Shown: piece after piece, positions 20,658-30,345 of the stretch
How the letters are laid out: the number at the start of each line of letters is the position of its first letter
Position numbering within the stretch: the stretch's first letter is position 1
The notes under the pieces: generated by a model
Told to the model about the DNA's origin: nothing
Seen by the model: only the letters and a program-made list of their open reading frames with translations
Databases searched by the model: none
NCBI GenBank assembly: GCA_038867615.1
Contig: JAWBYA010000001.1
Span: 416,001 to 480,000 of the forward strand
DNA from: Sulfolobales archaeon
Lineage (GTDB): Archaea; Thermoproteota; Thermoprotei_A; Sulfolobales; AG1
Reading direction: 5' to 3'
Length of the DNA stretch: 64,000 bases
Program-made: the position numbers and the translations under genes

Positions 20658-21464
20658 TTGAAGGCCTTTGAGTTCATAAGAATAGATGATCTACCGCCCA
20701 AGCCTAGGGATAAGGCTATGACAGAGATTAGGGGTAGCTACTACGTTGTTGTAACACCCACGTATCTTGAGGAGCTGTTTAAGATCGCTGGCGACTATAT
20801 CGATATATTTAAATACGCTGGAGGCTCTATGAGGCTCCATCCGAGGGAGATAGTGTTGAGGATAAACAGGCTCTGCCACGATCACGGGATTCTTGTATCG
20901 ACAGGCGGCTTCACCGAGAAGGTTCTGACCCAGGGTGCTGATGCTTTTGATAAATACCTAGACGAGGCTTCATCTCTCGAGTTCGACGTTGTTGAGATCT
21001 CTTCTGGCTATATCGATATAGATAATGATGATAAGGTTGAGCTTGTCAAGGCTGTGAGGAGGGCTGGGCTTAGGTCCAAGCCCGAGGTCTCTCTTGTTAA
21101 GGGTGCTGGGGGTGCTCATGAGGAGTGGGAGACGGAGAGCATGCCGTATGATCATATGTTGAGGGATGTGGAGATCTATCTATCGGCTGGTGCGTGGAAG
21201 ATCATGGTTGAGTCTGAGGGTATAACGGAGAATGTAAGGAAGTGGAGGGTTGATGTTATTGAGGCTCTTGTTAAGAGGTTTGGGATTGAGAAGCTAATGT
21301 TCGAGGCTGCTGAGAGGCCTGTGTTTAGGTGGTATGTATATACCTTTGGTAGAGACGTGAACCTGTTTGTGGATCACACGCAGATTATAGAGCTGACGGC
21401 GCTTAGGACTGGTTTATGGGCTCCTAAGGAGCCCTGGGGAAGGGTTAAATATAGGAGGTCTTAG
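20658..21464 (+). CDS. comA: Phosphosulfolactate synthase (ComA/HSA32 family)
   Basis: KPR..MTEIRG, YIDIFK, STGGFTE, VEISSG, IMVESEGITE, MFEAA and VNLFVDH motifs. Confidence 0.88.
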   Translation: MKAFEFIRIDDLPPKPRDKAMTEIRGSYYVVVTPTYLEELFKIAGDYIDIFKYAGGSMRLHPREIVLRINRLCHDHGILVSTGGFTEKVLTQGADAFDKYLDEASSLEFDVVEISSGYIDIDNDDKVELVKAVRRAGLRSKPEVSLVKGAGGAHEEWETESMPYDHMLRDVEIYLSAGAWKIMVESEGITENVRKWRVDVIEALVKRFGIEKLMFEAAERPVFRWYVYTFGRDVNLFVDHTQIIELTALRTGLWAPKEPWGRVKYRRS

Positions 21465-21473
21465 TTTTCATGG

Positions 21474-22370
21474 TCATGCTGGTCTTGGCTCCATAGCTTT
21501 TTCTCCCCTCTCTTGCCGTTCGCTGGGCTGCGTCTTGTTCTTTATACGTGCTAGTGTTTCTCTTATCCTCTTCTCGGCTGTTTTTACGTATTGCTCGTCT
21601 ATTTCGAAGCCTATGTATTTTATGCCGAGTTTTATTGCTGCTATTGCTGTGTTTCCTATGCCTATGAATGGGTCTAGGACTAGTTTTGTTCTCTCTAATC
21701 CGTGGAGTTTTATGCACATTTCGGGTAGTTTTGGTGGGAATGGTGAGGGGTGGGGTCTTTCTTCTCTAGATCTTATTGTTTCGTATGGTATGAACCACAC
21801 GTTACCCCTGTCTCTTAGATCTCTTGTTGCTGATTTCCACCTGCCTATGTTGCTTTTATCCTGGTAGGGGACTCCTATTGCTGTTTTATCAAGCTCTACA
21901 TCGCCGTTTTTTGTGAAGTGGAATATATATTCGTGGTTTATGGCTAGGTATTTCTTGCTATTCACAGGCTTATAATGACCGACAGCTATGTCGCCCCTTA
22001 TGTTTGGGTAATCCCCCACATCTTTCTTCTCGATCGCTATTGATTTGACCCAGTGGATCACGTTCTGGAGGACGAAGTATTTTCTAAAGACAAAGGCAAC
22101 CTCCCAAGCAACCCAGGGATCCCTATAGCTATACCCCATGTTGAGGAAAAGAGAACCCTGATCCGAGAGAACCCTTCTAAGCTCAGCAGCAACCCTATCC
22201 ATCCAGGCTAGATACTCATGCCTAGGTATACTATCATTATAAACACCATACCTCACACCAAGATTATAAGGCGGCGATGTAACAATAACATCAACCTCAC
22301 CATCATCCAAACACCTCCTCATACCAACAAGACTATCCATAACATAGATCCTATTAACCTCACACCTCAA
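21474..22370 (-). CDS. Orphan N4-C/N6-A DNA methyltransferase (beta class)
   Basis: TSPPYN catalytic motif precedes [11 protein letters not shown] motif; HPSPFP. Confidence 0.9.
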   Translation of the reverse strand: MRCEVNRIYVMDSLVGMRRCLDDGEVDVIVTSPPYNLGVRYGVYNDSIPRHEYLAWMDRVAAELRRVLSDQGSLFLNMGYSYRDPWVAWEVAFVFRKYFVLQNVIHWVKSIAIEKKDVGDYPNIRGDIAVGHYKPVNSKKYLAINHEYIFHFTKNGDVELDKTAIGVPYQDKSNIGRWKSATRDLRDRGNVWFIPYETIRSREERPHPSPFPPKLPEMCIKLHGLERTKLVLDPFIGIGNTAIAAIKLGIKYIGFEIDEQYVKTAEKRIRETLARIKNKTQPSERQERGEKAMEPRPA

Positions 22371-22455
22371 ACACCACCACCCCTACACCCAACACAGCCC
22401 CCGATCCCACTAGTAAATAAGCCCCACCATTCTAATAACCACCAAGGAGAACACC

Positions 22456-22989
22456 TTGACACACCGAGATCTAGCTATTAGCAACACCGTACGCAGAGTT
22501 GCTAATATCCTGTCCTCGCTGGGTCTAAGGATCTTTGTTATTGGCGCTAGAGGTATCATGATCCACGGTGTGGATCTTGGTAGAGAAACTAGGGATTGGG
22601 ATTTAGCAATAGATCGGTATCCCACACTCGAGCTTAGAGATAAGATCACTGAGATCCTGAGAGGCTCCGGTTATAAGGTGCAGTGGAGGAAATGGGGTTT
22701 TCTTGTCGAGGATGATATACATATAGATATCAACTATGCTCCTCTCACGCTTGATGAGGAATTCATAGCAAGATCTACAGAGTTAGAGCAAGGAATATTA
22801 TTACCCTCCCTCGAAGATATGGTGGTGATGAAGATAATGTCAGGGGAGAGAAAGGATCTAGACGATCTTAAAAAGATATTGAGCAGCAAGTGGCAGGAGC
22901 TCGACAAGCACTACCTCTATAGGAGAGCAAAACAGGCAGGGTTGGAGAGGGAGCTTGAGAAACTCGTCAGGAGGCTAAGGCTAGCATGA
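22456..22989 (+). CDS. Nucleotidyltransferase (DUF6036/AbiEii-like)
   Basis: VIGARG...RETRDWD, EDMVVMK and R.KDLDD motifs. Confidence 0.75.
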   Translation: MTHRDLAISNTVRRVANILSSLGLRIFVIGARGIMIHGVDLGRETRDWDLAIDRYPTLELRDKITEILRGSGYKVQWRKWGFLVEDDIHIDINYAPLTLDEEFIARSTELEQGILLPSLEDMVVMKIMSGERKDLDDLKKILSSKWQELDKHYLYRRAKQAGLERELEKLVRRLRLA

Positions 22990-23261
22990 GCAGTACGATA
23001 CGCCTTGTTCCCGGAATAGCGATCCCTGTTTCCATGTCCTTTCTCCTCGAGCTCTGCGAGCCTGTAAGATATACTAAAAAAGCTATTGAGGCAGGACATC
23101 TCCTAAAGATCGACTACCACCCTCCATATATCCAGTTCTCGTGTAAAGATATCGATAGAGTTATTGAAGAGGCGAGGAAGAGAGGCTTAAGAATATATAA
23201 AGCTAAGAGATGGATCACAATAACAGATCAGATCTACAGAGTCAGAATATACTTACCCTAG
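22986..23261 (+). CDS. Hypothetical protein coupled to the nucleotidyltransferase
   Basis: ATGA start/stop overlap with the upstream gene; no recognised motif. Confidence 0.6.
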   Translation: MSSTIRLVPGIAIPVSMSFLLELCEPVRYTKKAIEAGHLLKIDYHPPYIQFSCKDIDRVIEEARKRGLRIYKAKRWITITDQIYRVRIYLP

Positions 23262-23567
23262 TTTCCAATTTTATATTGTTCGATACCAACCACCCTCCTC
23301 TTGGCTTATTGGCCTTAGGATTCCTCCTTTCATTGAGACTCTATCTTTGGTCTCAACTCGTTTAGTGTGACCTCTATTCATGGCTTCTCCAAAATAGTAT
23401 AGCTGATCTTGGCTTCTTGCATCTCCTTAGATTAGATCCCGGATCGACTTATACGAACCTCTATGGAATCTGAGACAGCTAGCTGCGGCTAATCGTGCTA
23501 GATAGCTAGATATTAGGAGAAACGTGGGTTATTGCTGATGGGGGATGTTTTTAAATTTTAGAGTGAT

Positions 23568-24044
23568 ATGTTTAAATGTATGGGGTTGCTTAGGGATCTT
23601 GAGCTGTTGAAGAGTAGGCTTGAACTTGTTAGGGAGAGCTGTGTGAAGGCTGTATTGTTGTTTGGTTCTAGGGCTAGGGGTGAGCATGGGGAGAGGAGTG
23701 ATGCTGATCTTCTCGTTCTCCACGAGGGTTGTGGGATTAGTGATATCGTTATGAGGAGGAGGTATTTGTATAATGCTTTGAGGGAAGCGTTGGGAGAGGT
23801 GTTTGAGGATATCACTCTCATCGATATGGAGCTCGGGGATTTCCTCAAGCCTAGAGAGGTTAGCTCGCTGCTCTTGAACATATACTGGGATGCAGTTGTG
23901 GTTTACGATAAGACCGGGGCTATTGAGGATTTCTTGAAAAGGGTTAGGGGGAGGATAATGGAGAGCGGTCTAAAGAGGATCAGGGAGGGGAAGGGCTATT
24001 ACTGGGAGCTTCCAAAACCGATGGAGGAAGTCAGGATCCTATGA
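23568..24044 (+). CDS. Minimal nucleotidyltransferase (MNT) antitoxin
   Basis: LFGSRARG...SDADLLV motif; start may be a few codons in. Confidence 0.88.
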   Translation: MFKCMGLLRDLELLKSRLELVRESCVKAVLLFGSRARGEHGERSDADLLVLHEGCGISDIVMRRRYLYNALREALGEVFEDITLIDMELGDFLKPREVSSLLLNIYWDAVVVYDKTGAIEDFLKRVRGRIMESGLKRIREGKGYYWELPKPMEEVRIL

Positions 24045-24475
24045 GTTATAACCCCTTAGATGAAGCTAGGTATAGATATAGACTCGCCCTCGAGCATTTA
24101 AAAAGAGCTGAGAGGCTATTCTCCCTTGGCGACTGGGCTGGAACCGTTTCGGCATCACAGCTAGCGGTCGAGAATTTTGCTAAGACCATTATAGCTGTTT
24201 TTGAGATCCCAACATGGAGCCATGACCCTTCAGGACAGCTAAACAGGCTGATTGAGAGACTGCCTGCTGGAGCGAGAAGCGAAGCTAGGGAGCTTGCCAC
24301 ACTAGCAAGAGAACTTGCCCCAGAGCATGGCAGATCGAGCTATGGAGAGCCTTCTGCAGGACTATTACCAAGTGACATATATAAGGAGGAACACGCCTTA
24401 GATGCTCTTGAAAAATGTAGAAGGGCAAAAGTTATGACCGAGAGAATAATTGAAATGCTCAACATTAGATTTTGA
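24041..24475 (+). CDS. HEPN-domain protein (MNT-HEPN pair)
   Basis: AERLF..GDW, QLAVENFAK, SHDP, SSYG; ATGA overlap with MNT. Confidence 0.85.
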   Translation: MSYNPLDEARYRYRLALEHLKRAERLFSLGDWAGTVSASQLAVENFAKTIIAVFEIPTWSHDPSGQLNRLIERLPAGARSEARELATLARELAPEHGRSSYGEPSAGLLPSDIYKEEHALDALEKCRRAKVMTERIIEMLNIRF

Positions 24476-24664
24476 AAAGGAGGAATGCTGAGTTACCAGT
24501 ATGAAAGAGTAGCTAGCCTTATACCGAACTTAATAGATAACAGTCTATTCCTAGTTTGCTAACCTGCTAGGTTGTTGAGGCTAAGGCTATTCTCGATCGA
24601 TGTTTTAGATGCTGCAAGGATGATGATTTCGAACTTCTATAGAATTAAGAAGATCTCCATAGTA

Positions 24665-24706
24665 TCTTAGAGTTCTTCCGGAAGTGCGTTATGAATTCAA
24701 ACTATC
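24665..24706. repeat. Degenerate direct copy of the 3' end of the M24 gene (partner at 25077-25120)
   Basis: TCTTAGAGTTCTTCCGGAAGTGCGTTATGAATTCAAA vs TCTTCGAGTTCTTCTGGATAGTGTGTTATGAATTCGAA. Confidence 0.6.
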
Positions 24707-24798
24707 TCTGTTTTAGACTAGCTATGAGGTGGGTTTCGGTTATAGGCGAGAATAAGGTAGTATTTATATGTTTACTATGGTAGTTGTTATAGAGTAGT

Positions 24799-25029
24799 AT
24801 GGGCAGGTATGTGACGGTCTCTATAAAGATCCCTAGGGAGGTTAAGGAGAAGCTCGAGTCACGCGGGATCAGGATTTCCGATATATTGAGGAGGGCTATT
24901 GAGGAGGAGGTTAGAAGGATAGAGCTTGAGGAGGTGGAGGCAAGGCTAGCTGGGCTTAAGGATCTGCTTCAAGGGTTTACTACGGAGTTTGTTGTGAGAT
25001 CCATTAGAGAGGATAGGGGCGCGTTATAA
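24799..25029 (+). CDS. Orphan ribbon-helix-helix VapB/CcdA-like antitoxin
   Basis: VTVSIKIPREVKEKL...ISDILRRAIEEE and terminal SIREDR; no PIN toxin follows. Confidence 0.75.
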   Translation: MGRYVTVSIKIPREVKEKLESRGIRISDILRRAIEEEVRRIELEEVEARLAGLKDLLQGFTTEFVVRSIREDRGAL

Positions 25030-25057
25030 AATTATGTGTTGTATGGTTGTATGGTTT

Positions 25058-26242
25058 CTATGCTGGTATTATTAGGTCTTCGAGTTCTTCTGGATAGTGT
25101 GTTATGAATTCGAAGCCGTCTTTTGTTACTACTATTGTGTCTGAGTGTCTGAATCCTCCTAGGTTTTCGACATAGATCCCTGGCTCTACTGTCATTACCA
25201 TGCCTTCCTCGAGTGTTCTGTTATCTCCTATGTCGAAGAATGGTGCTTCGTGGTATTCTAGGCCGATTCCGTGGCCTGTGTGGTGTCTCCAGTATTTCAT
25301 TAGGTCTTTTTCTTTGAAGAACCTCCTAACATTCCTATCGACATCGCTGCACTTTACTCCCGGCTTTATGCTTTCCAGCGCTACTCTTCTGGCTTCGAGC
25401 ATTAGTTTGAAGAACCTTCTCTGCTCTTCAGATGGTTCTCCAACGATCATTGTTCTCTCGAGCTCTGCTCCGTAACCACTTACAAGGGCTGTTGCTCCTG
25501 TTACTAGCACGTCTCCCTTCTTTATGATTGCGTGTATTGTGAGGGAGTGTGGGTAGTAGGAGTGCTTCCCAACCTGTCCCCTGAAGCCTGCCCTTGCTCC
25601 TGAGCTCCACCCGGCTGGTCTGTAGATCCCTTTGAGTGCTCTGGCCATAGCCATTGTGGCATCCATGCTTGCTTTGAGCGAGACCTCGTCTTCATATAGC
25701 CCTGGCCTTGTATATTCCTGGAGCAGTCTGTGGGCTAGCGAAGCCCACTTAGCACTCTCCCTCAGAAGCCTTATCTCCTCCTCGGATTTTACAAGCCTCA
25801 TATTCTCGATCAAATCCCTCTCATAGCTATAGCTAGCCTTAAGAACCTCGCTAAGCCTCGGACCCCTATAGCCATATATATGGGCATAGCCATCAACATC
25901 AAAACCTATTCTTTTACCCTCAAGCCCGAGCCCTCTCAGATAATCCGCTATAACAAGCATTGGGTGCTTCTCATCGGGATACTCATCATAGCTCAAAACC
26001 CTATCAGCGTATGAATATCTCTCAGCATGCTCCAACTCAAGCCTAGGGACTATAAGGATCTTCTCACCACTCGAGAGAATCACGGCAGCAATAGGCCTCT
26101 CAGTAGGTATGTGGAAGAAGTTAGTAACATAAGCTATATTAGCGGCCGAAACCAGGTAGAGGGCGTCGAGATTCCTCCTAGCCATCTCGGAAGTTATATT
26201 CAAAACCCTCCTCTCAACCTCCCTCTTAGATATAACAAGCAT
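25058..26242 (-). CDS. M24 (pita-bread fold) hydrolase, creatinase-like
   Basis: N-terminal creatinase-type domain, RLVKSEEEI, AELERT, HHTGHGIG, VEPGIY, RHSDT; start taken at MLVISK (ATG 26242) behind GGTG. Confidence 0.85.
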   Translation of the reverse strand: MLVISKREVERRVLNITSEMARRNLDALYLVSAANIAYVTNFFHIPTERPIAAVILSSGEKILIVPRLELEHAERYSYADRVLSYDEYPDEKHPMLVIADYLRGLGLEGKRIGFDVDGYAHIYGYRGPRLSEVLKASYSYERDLIENMRLVKSEEEIRLLRESAKWASLAHRLLQEYTRPGLYEDEVSLKASMDATMAMARALKGIYRPAGWSSGARAGFRGQVGKHSYYPHSLTIHAIIKKGDVLVTGATALVSGYGAELERTMIVGEPSEEQRRFFKLMLEARRVALESIKPGVKCSDVDRNVRRFFKEKDLMKYWRHHTGHGIGLEYHEAPFFDIGDNRTLEEGMVMTVEPGIYVENLGGFRHSDTIVVTKDGFEFITHYPEELEDLIIPA

Positions 26243-26450
26243 ATAGACACCAATGATAATAATCAAAGCTATATATAAATCGCGGTTCCCATAGCGGGTA
26301 GGCATCTAATCACAGATCACTGGTTTTTAACCTATAGCAGTGTTGCTAGCCATCGCTATAAACGTAATATAGATAGTAAATATAATAAATTAGATATAAG
26401 AGCAGTAAATATAAGAGCCCTTTATCCCAGGTATAAGTGAGGTGGTATAG

Positions 26451-28325
26451 ATTAGAGAGCAGATTATCCCTATAACTAGAGGTCTAGCCAGCTTCGTAAT
26501 GCTGGTTATAGCTGTTATGAGTATAATAGGACCAGCAATACCCGGGCTCATACTAGTAGCCGAGGCCCAGGCGAGACCCAGGCTTAGCTTTGAAATGCTC
26601 TCCCTCCCATGGTTCCCTCTCTCAGATAAGGCTGCAGAGGTGGTTGCTGAGCAGCTGAAAAAAGTGGGTATAGAGATCAAGGTTGTTAAGCTAGAGTCCT
26701 CCGTAATGTATCCGAGGATCATGAATACCTTTGACTACGACTCCTTCGCACTAGCCGTATCCCAGAGCCCAGACCCTACTGGGATGCTTAACGCTATGCA
26801 TAGTAGAAACGCCATACCAGGCGGCTCTAACTACTGGGGCTATGCAAACCCCGAGGTGGATAGGCTTATAGATATGGTTCTAACTGCTAAGAGTGAGGAT
26901 GAGGCTAGGGAGCTGGCGTGGAAGGTTCAGGCAATGGTGGCTAATGGTCCATTCATACCGCTATATCTAAGCATAAATACACAGGTGATAAGGGCTGAGT
27001 GGAAGAACTATACATTGATGCCTGGAGGTATAGTAGAGGCTTATAATAGGTGGAGCCTGCTCTACATGTATAAATCCGATAAGCTTGAGGAGAATGTGTT
27101 TAGAATAGCCTTCCCCTCAGATATACTGAGCCTCAACCCATTCATGGCAACTGATCTGAGGTCCCTTTGGATCATATCCCAGATCTATGATCCCTTAGTA
27201 GCGCTCAGCCCAGACCTCAAACCAGTCCCCTGGCTAGCCGAGAGATGGGAGGTCTCGCAAGACGGGCTTAACTATACATTCTACCTGAGAAAAGGGGTTA
27301 AGTTCCACGACGGTTCAGAGCTGACCGCCGATGATGTGGTCTTCACATATAAATTCGGCATATCTAATAAAGCACCGAGATATCTGGGAGCAATAGCTGT
27401 TTTGATCAAGGATATAGTTAAGATCGATGACTACACGGTTAGGTTTATCCTGAAGGATCCATCGCCATTCTTCCTAGTAAGCCTGGCCACCAGCTTCCAG
27501 TTCATAGTTCCGAAAAAGATCTGGGAGAATCAGAACGTAACATGGGCTAACCCCAACCCAGTGGGGACAGGGCCTTTCAAGTTCGTGAGCAGAACTCCTG
27601 GAGAGAGCATTGTTCTAGAGAGGAATCCCGATTACTTCAAAGGAGCCCCAAAGATCTTCAGGGTTGTGATGAGGGTTATTCCAGAGGCAGAGACCAGGTA
27701 TTACTCAATAAAGAGAGGGGACGTCGATACCGAGAGGTATGCTACAAGCTTTAGCCTTATCCCCGATGCGGAGAAGGATCCCAACCTAAGGGTTGTGAAA
27801 ACCCCCGATATATGGCTCATCTATATAGCCTTCAACTATAGGAGATATAATGACACGAAGGTCTTTGAGGCTATCAACTACGCCCTCGATAGAGATGAGA
27901 TTATAAAGAGAGCCGCTGGAGGGTATGGAGTGCCTGTATATACTATACTTAATAAGGAGTGGCACGGTGGTTATGCAAACACAAACATAACGTTCAAATA
28001 CGATCCTGCGAAGGCGATCAAGATCCTGGAGGATGCAGGCTGGCTTCCAGGACCCGATGGGATAAGGATCTATGTGGGGAAGCAGCAGACAGCAACCCCG
28101 ACACCACAGACAACACCGCCCACCACGCCTACCACGACTCCAACTACGACTCCAACCACGCCTACACCGACTATAACGACACCACCGCCACAGACAACAC
28201 CAGCCCCTCCTGCAGCGCCTGGGGCAGCACCTGGTCAGGGTATGATTATTGCGATAGCTGTTGTGGCGATCATAATCATAGCGGCTATAGCTGCTATAAC
28301 AAGGATCCTTAGAAGGAGGTCGTAA
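26451..28325 (+). CDS. Family-5 ABC solute-binding protein, circularly permuted, with Pro/Thr linker and C-terminal membrane anchor
   Basis: PWLAERW..S.DG..YTF.LR.GVKFHDG, GTGPF, YDPAKA motifs; probable ATT start at 26451 (track start 26499). Confidence 0.88.
   Translation: MREQIIPITRGLASFVMLVIAVMSIIGPAIPGLILVAEAQARPRLSFEMLSLPWFPLSDKAAEVVAEQLKKVGIEIKVVKLESSVMYPRIMNTFDYDSFALAVSQSPDPTGMLNAMHSRNAIPGGSNYWGYANPEVDRLIDMVLTAKSEDEARELAWKVQAMVANGPFIPLYLSINTQVIRAEWKNYTLMPGGIVEAYNRWSLLYMYKSDKLEENVFRIAFPSDILSLNPFMATDLRSLWIISQIYDPLVALSPDLKPVPWLAERWEVSQDGLNYTFYLRKGVKFHDGSELTADDVVFTYKFGISNKAPRYLGAIAVLIKDIVKIDDYTVRFILKDPSPFFLVSLATSFQFIVPKKIWENQNVTWANPNPVGTGPFKFVSRTPGESIVLERNPDYFKGAPKIFRVVMRVIPEAETRYYSIKRGDVDTERYATSFSLIPDAEKDPNLRVVKTPDIWLIYIAFNYRRYNDTKVFEAINYALDRDEIIKRAAGGYGVPVYTILNKEWHGGYANTNITFKYDPAKAIKILEDAGWLPGPDGIRIYVGKQQTATPTPQTTPPTTPTTTPTTTPTTPTPTITTPPPQTTPAPPAAPGAAPGQGMIIAIAVVAIIIIAAIAAITRILRRRS
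28090..28210 (+). repeat. Low-complexity Thr/Pro linker (TPTTTP-type repeats); boundaries approximate
   Basis: TATPTPQTTPPTTPTTTPTTTPTTPTPTITTPPPQTTPAP before the C-terminal TM helix. Confidence 0.75.
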
Positions 28326-29302
28326 TGGGGTTCGCCTCCTATATATCCCGTAAGGCGGCCCAGCTGGCAGTAGTAATGGCTATAGGTATAATTGTGTCTT
28401 TTTTCATGTTCCGCCTACTCCCAGGAGATCCTACCGCGTCTCTTCTAGATCCGAGGCTGGATCCCGAGGCCAAGATCGAGATAATAAGGAGATTCGGTCT
28501 TGATAAACCGCTCTACGAGCAGTTTATCCTCTATATCACGAACATCCTCAGAGGGGATTTCGGGATCTCCTTCAGCTATACTGGTATGTCTGTCTCTGAG
28601 GTGATCTTTGGGCAGAGGCTCATAAACACCTTGGCCCTGATGTCAACGGGGATCGCGTTGTCAGCTGTTATAGGGACGTTACTGGGCTTAGCTATTGGCT
28701 GGAGATCTGGGGGTATTCTTGATAGAACCTTCACGGGGCTCCTATACATGGTATTCTCGGCCCCGGTGTTCTGGGTGGCCCTCCTCATACAGTTCTATCT
28801 AGGCTATCAGGCTGGCTTAATACCTATTAGTGGTACTTCATCGTATATAGGTGTTGATGTTGATTTCACCACATATCTAGCTGACTATATGTTGCACATG
28901 GTGGGTCCTGTAATAACCCTTGCCTTCTTCTTCATACCTAGCTATTATATATACATAAGGAATGTTGTCTCCAGTATGAAGGGCGAGGATTTCGTTGTTA
29001 CTCTAAGGGCTGTGGGGCTTAGCGAGAGGATCATTTTGGTGAGGCATATAGCGAGGCATGTGGCGATACACACGCTCACCATAACATCTAACCAGTCGCC
29101 TCTGCTTGTAACAGGGGCTGTCTTCACAGAAACCGTCTTTGGGTGGAACGGTATTGGGAGGCTTCTCTACGACTCTATCTTAAGGGCTGACTACCCGGTG
29201 CTTCAGGGGATATTTATTTTAACGATCCTTGTGGTTGTTATCACCAACATTGTTACTGATGTTATTTACTACATAATAGATCCGAGGATCAAGGTTAGGT
29301 GA
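28325..29302 (+). CDS. Peptide/nickel ABC permease (DppB/OppB type)
   Basis: LPGDP, FGLDKPLYEQ, GDFGIS, ETVFGWNGIG, DYPVLQG, IDPRIK. Confidence 0.92.
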   Translation: MGFASYISRKAAQLAVVMAIGIIVSFFMFRLLPGDPTASLLDPRLDPEAKIEIIRRFGLDKPLYEQFILYITNILRGDFGISFSYTGMSVSEVIFGQRLINTLALMSTGIALSAVIGTLLGLAIGWRSGGILDRTFTGLLYMVFSAPVFWVALLIQFYLGYQAGLIPISGTSSYIGVDVDFTTYLADYMLHMVGPVITLAFFFIPSYYIYIRNVVSSMKGEDFVVTLRAVGLSERIILVRHIARHVAIHTLTITSNQSPLLVTGAVFTETVFGWNGIGRLLYDSILRADYPVLQGIFILTILVVVITNIVTDVIYYIIDPRIKVR

Positions 29303-29308
29303 CCTGGC

Positions 29309-30142
29309 ATGAGGTCTTCAGACTCTGTGATAGCATCGCTAAGAGATCCAGCAATACTGGCTGGCTTGGTATCACTGCTGGCTATGATCATGCTCTCCTT
29401 AACAGGCTTACTGCTAACCCCATGGGATCCTAACCTGATCAGGGGAGATCCATTGAGCCCTCCCTCCCTAGCACATCCCCTAGGTACTGATGACATTGGT
29501 AGGGATGTTGCTGCCATGATCTATAGGGGGGTTCTTACATCGATATTCATAGGGGTTTCCGCAGCAATTGTTACAACGATCCTGGGGCTTGTGGTGGGGA
29601 TAATAGCATCGATATTCAGGGGCTTTGTAGACGCGACTATGATGAGGATTGTTGACTTCCTGCTAGCAACACCCTCCCTCGTCCTCGCATTAATACTAAT
29701 AGCATTTCTAAAGCCAAGCATATATAACGTGATACTCGTGCTCGCAATAACAGGCTGGCCCGGTGTTGCAAGGATAGTGAGGGCTCATTCGCTGCAAATC
29801 CTCTCAACAGGCTATGTGGAGGCAGCCAGAGCTCTGGGGGCGAGTTCGTGGCATATAGCGTTGAGACACCTAGTCCCGGCATCGATCCCCGTAACCCTGG
29901 CTGCTATAGTGACCACAACAAGGGCGGCTGTCCTGCTAGAAGCTGGGCTAGGCTTTCTAGGGCTGGGTGATCCTTCAACCATAAGTCTCGGAACAATCCT
30001 ATTCTATGCGAGAAGATCAGCAGCCCTCGCCTCAGGAGCATGGTGGGTCATAGTCCCTGCAGGGCTCCTCATAACAATCATAGTGTTCGCACTAACAATG
30101 ATCTCGATAGGGATGGAGAGCAGGACTTTAAAGAGGGGGTAG
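29309..30142 (+). CDS. Peptide/nickel ABC permease (DppC/OppC type)
   Basis: HPLGTDDIGRD, YVEAARALGA (EAA loop), EAGLGFLGLG. Confidence 0.92.
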   Translation: MRSSDSVIASLRDPAILAGLVSLLAMIMLSLTGLLLTPWDPNLIRGDPLSPPSLAHPLGTDDIGRDVAAMIYRGVLTSIFIGVSAAIVTTILGLVVGIIASIFRGFVDATMMRIVDFLLATPSLVLALILIAFLKPSIYNVILVLAITGWPGVARIVRAHSLQILSTGYVEAARALGASSWHIALRHLVPASIPVTLAAIVTTTRAAVLLEAGLGFLGLGDPSTISLGTILFYARRSAALASGAWWVIVPAGLLITIIVFALTMISIGMESRTLKRG

Positions 30143-30345
30143 GCTCTCGTTTTTATACGCTGCGAATTATCATGTATTGTCTAGATCTATATCCTCGTTA
30201 TCCACCTATGTTTAGCTCTACGCTAAACCACAGATAGATCGGGAAAACTACCTATATCCTATAGAGGGCTGTGATAGCTACTAGGCTACTAGATCTCTTG
30301 AGATATATTATGAGCATGCTAAGGAAATGATACAGGGTGCGTTGA

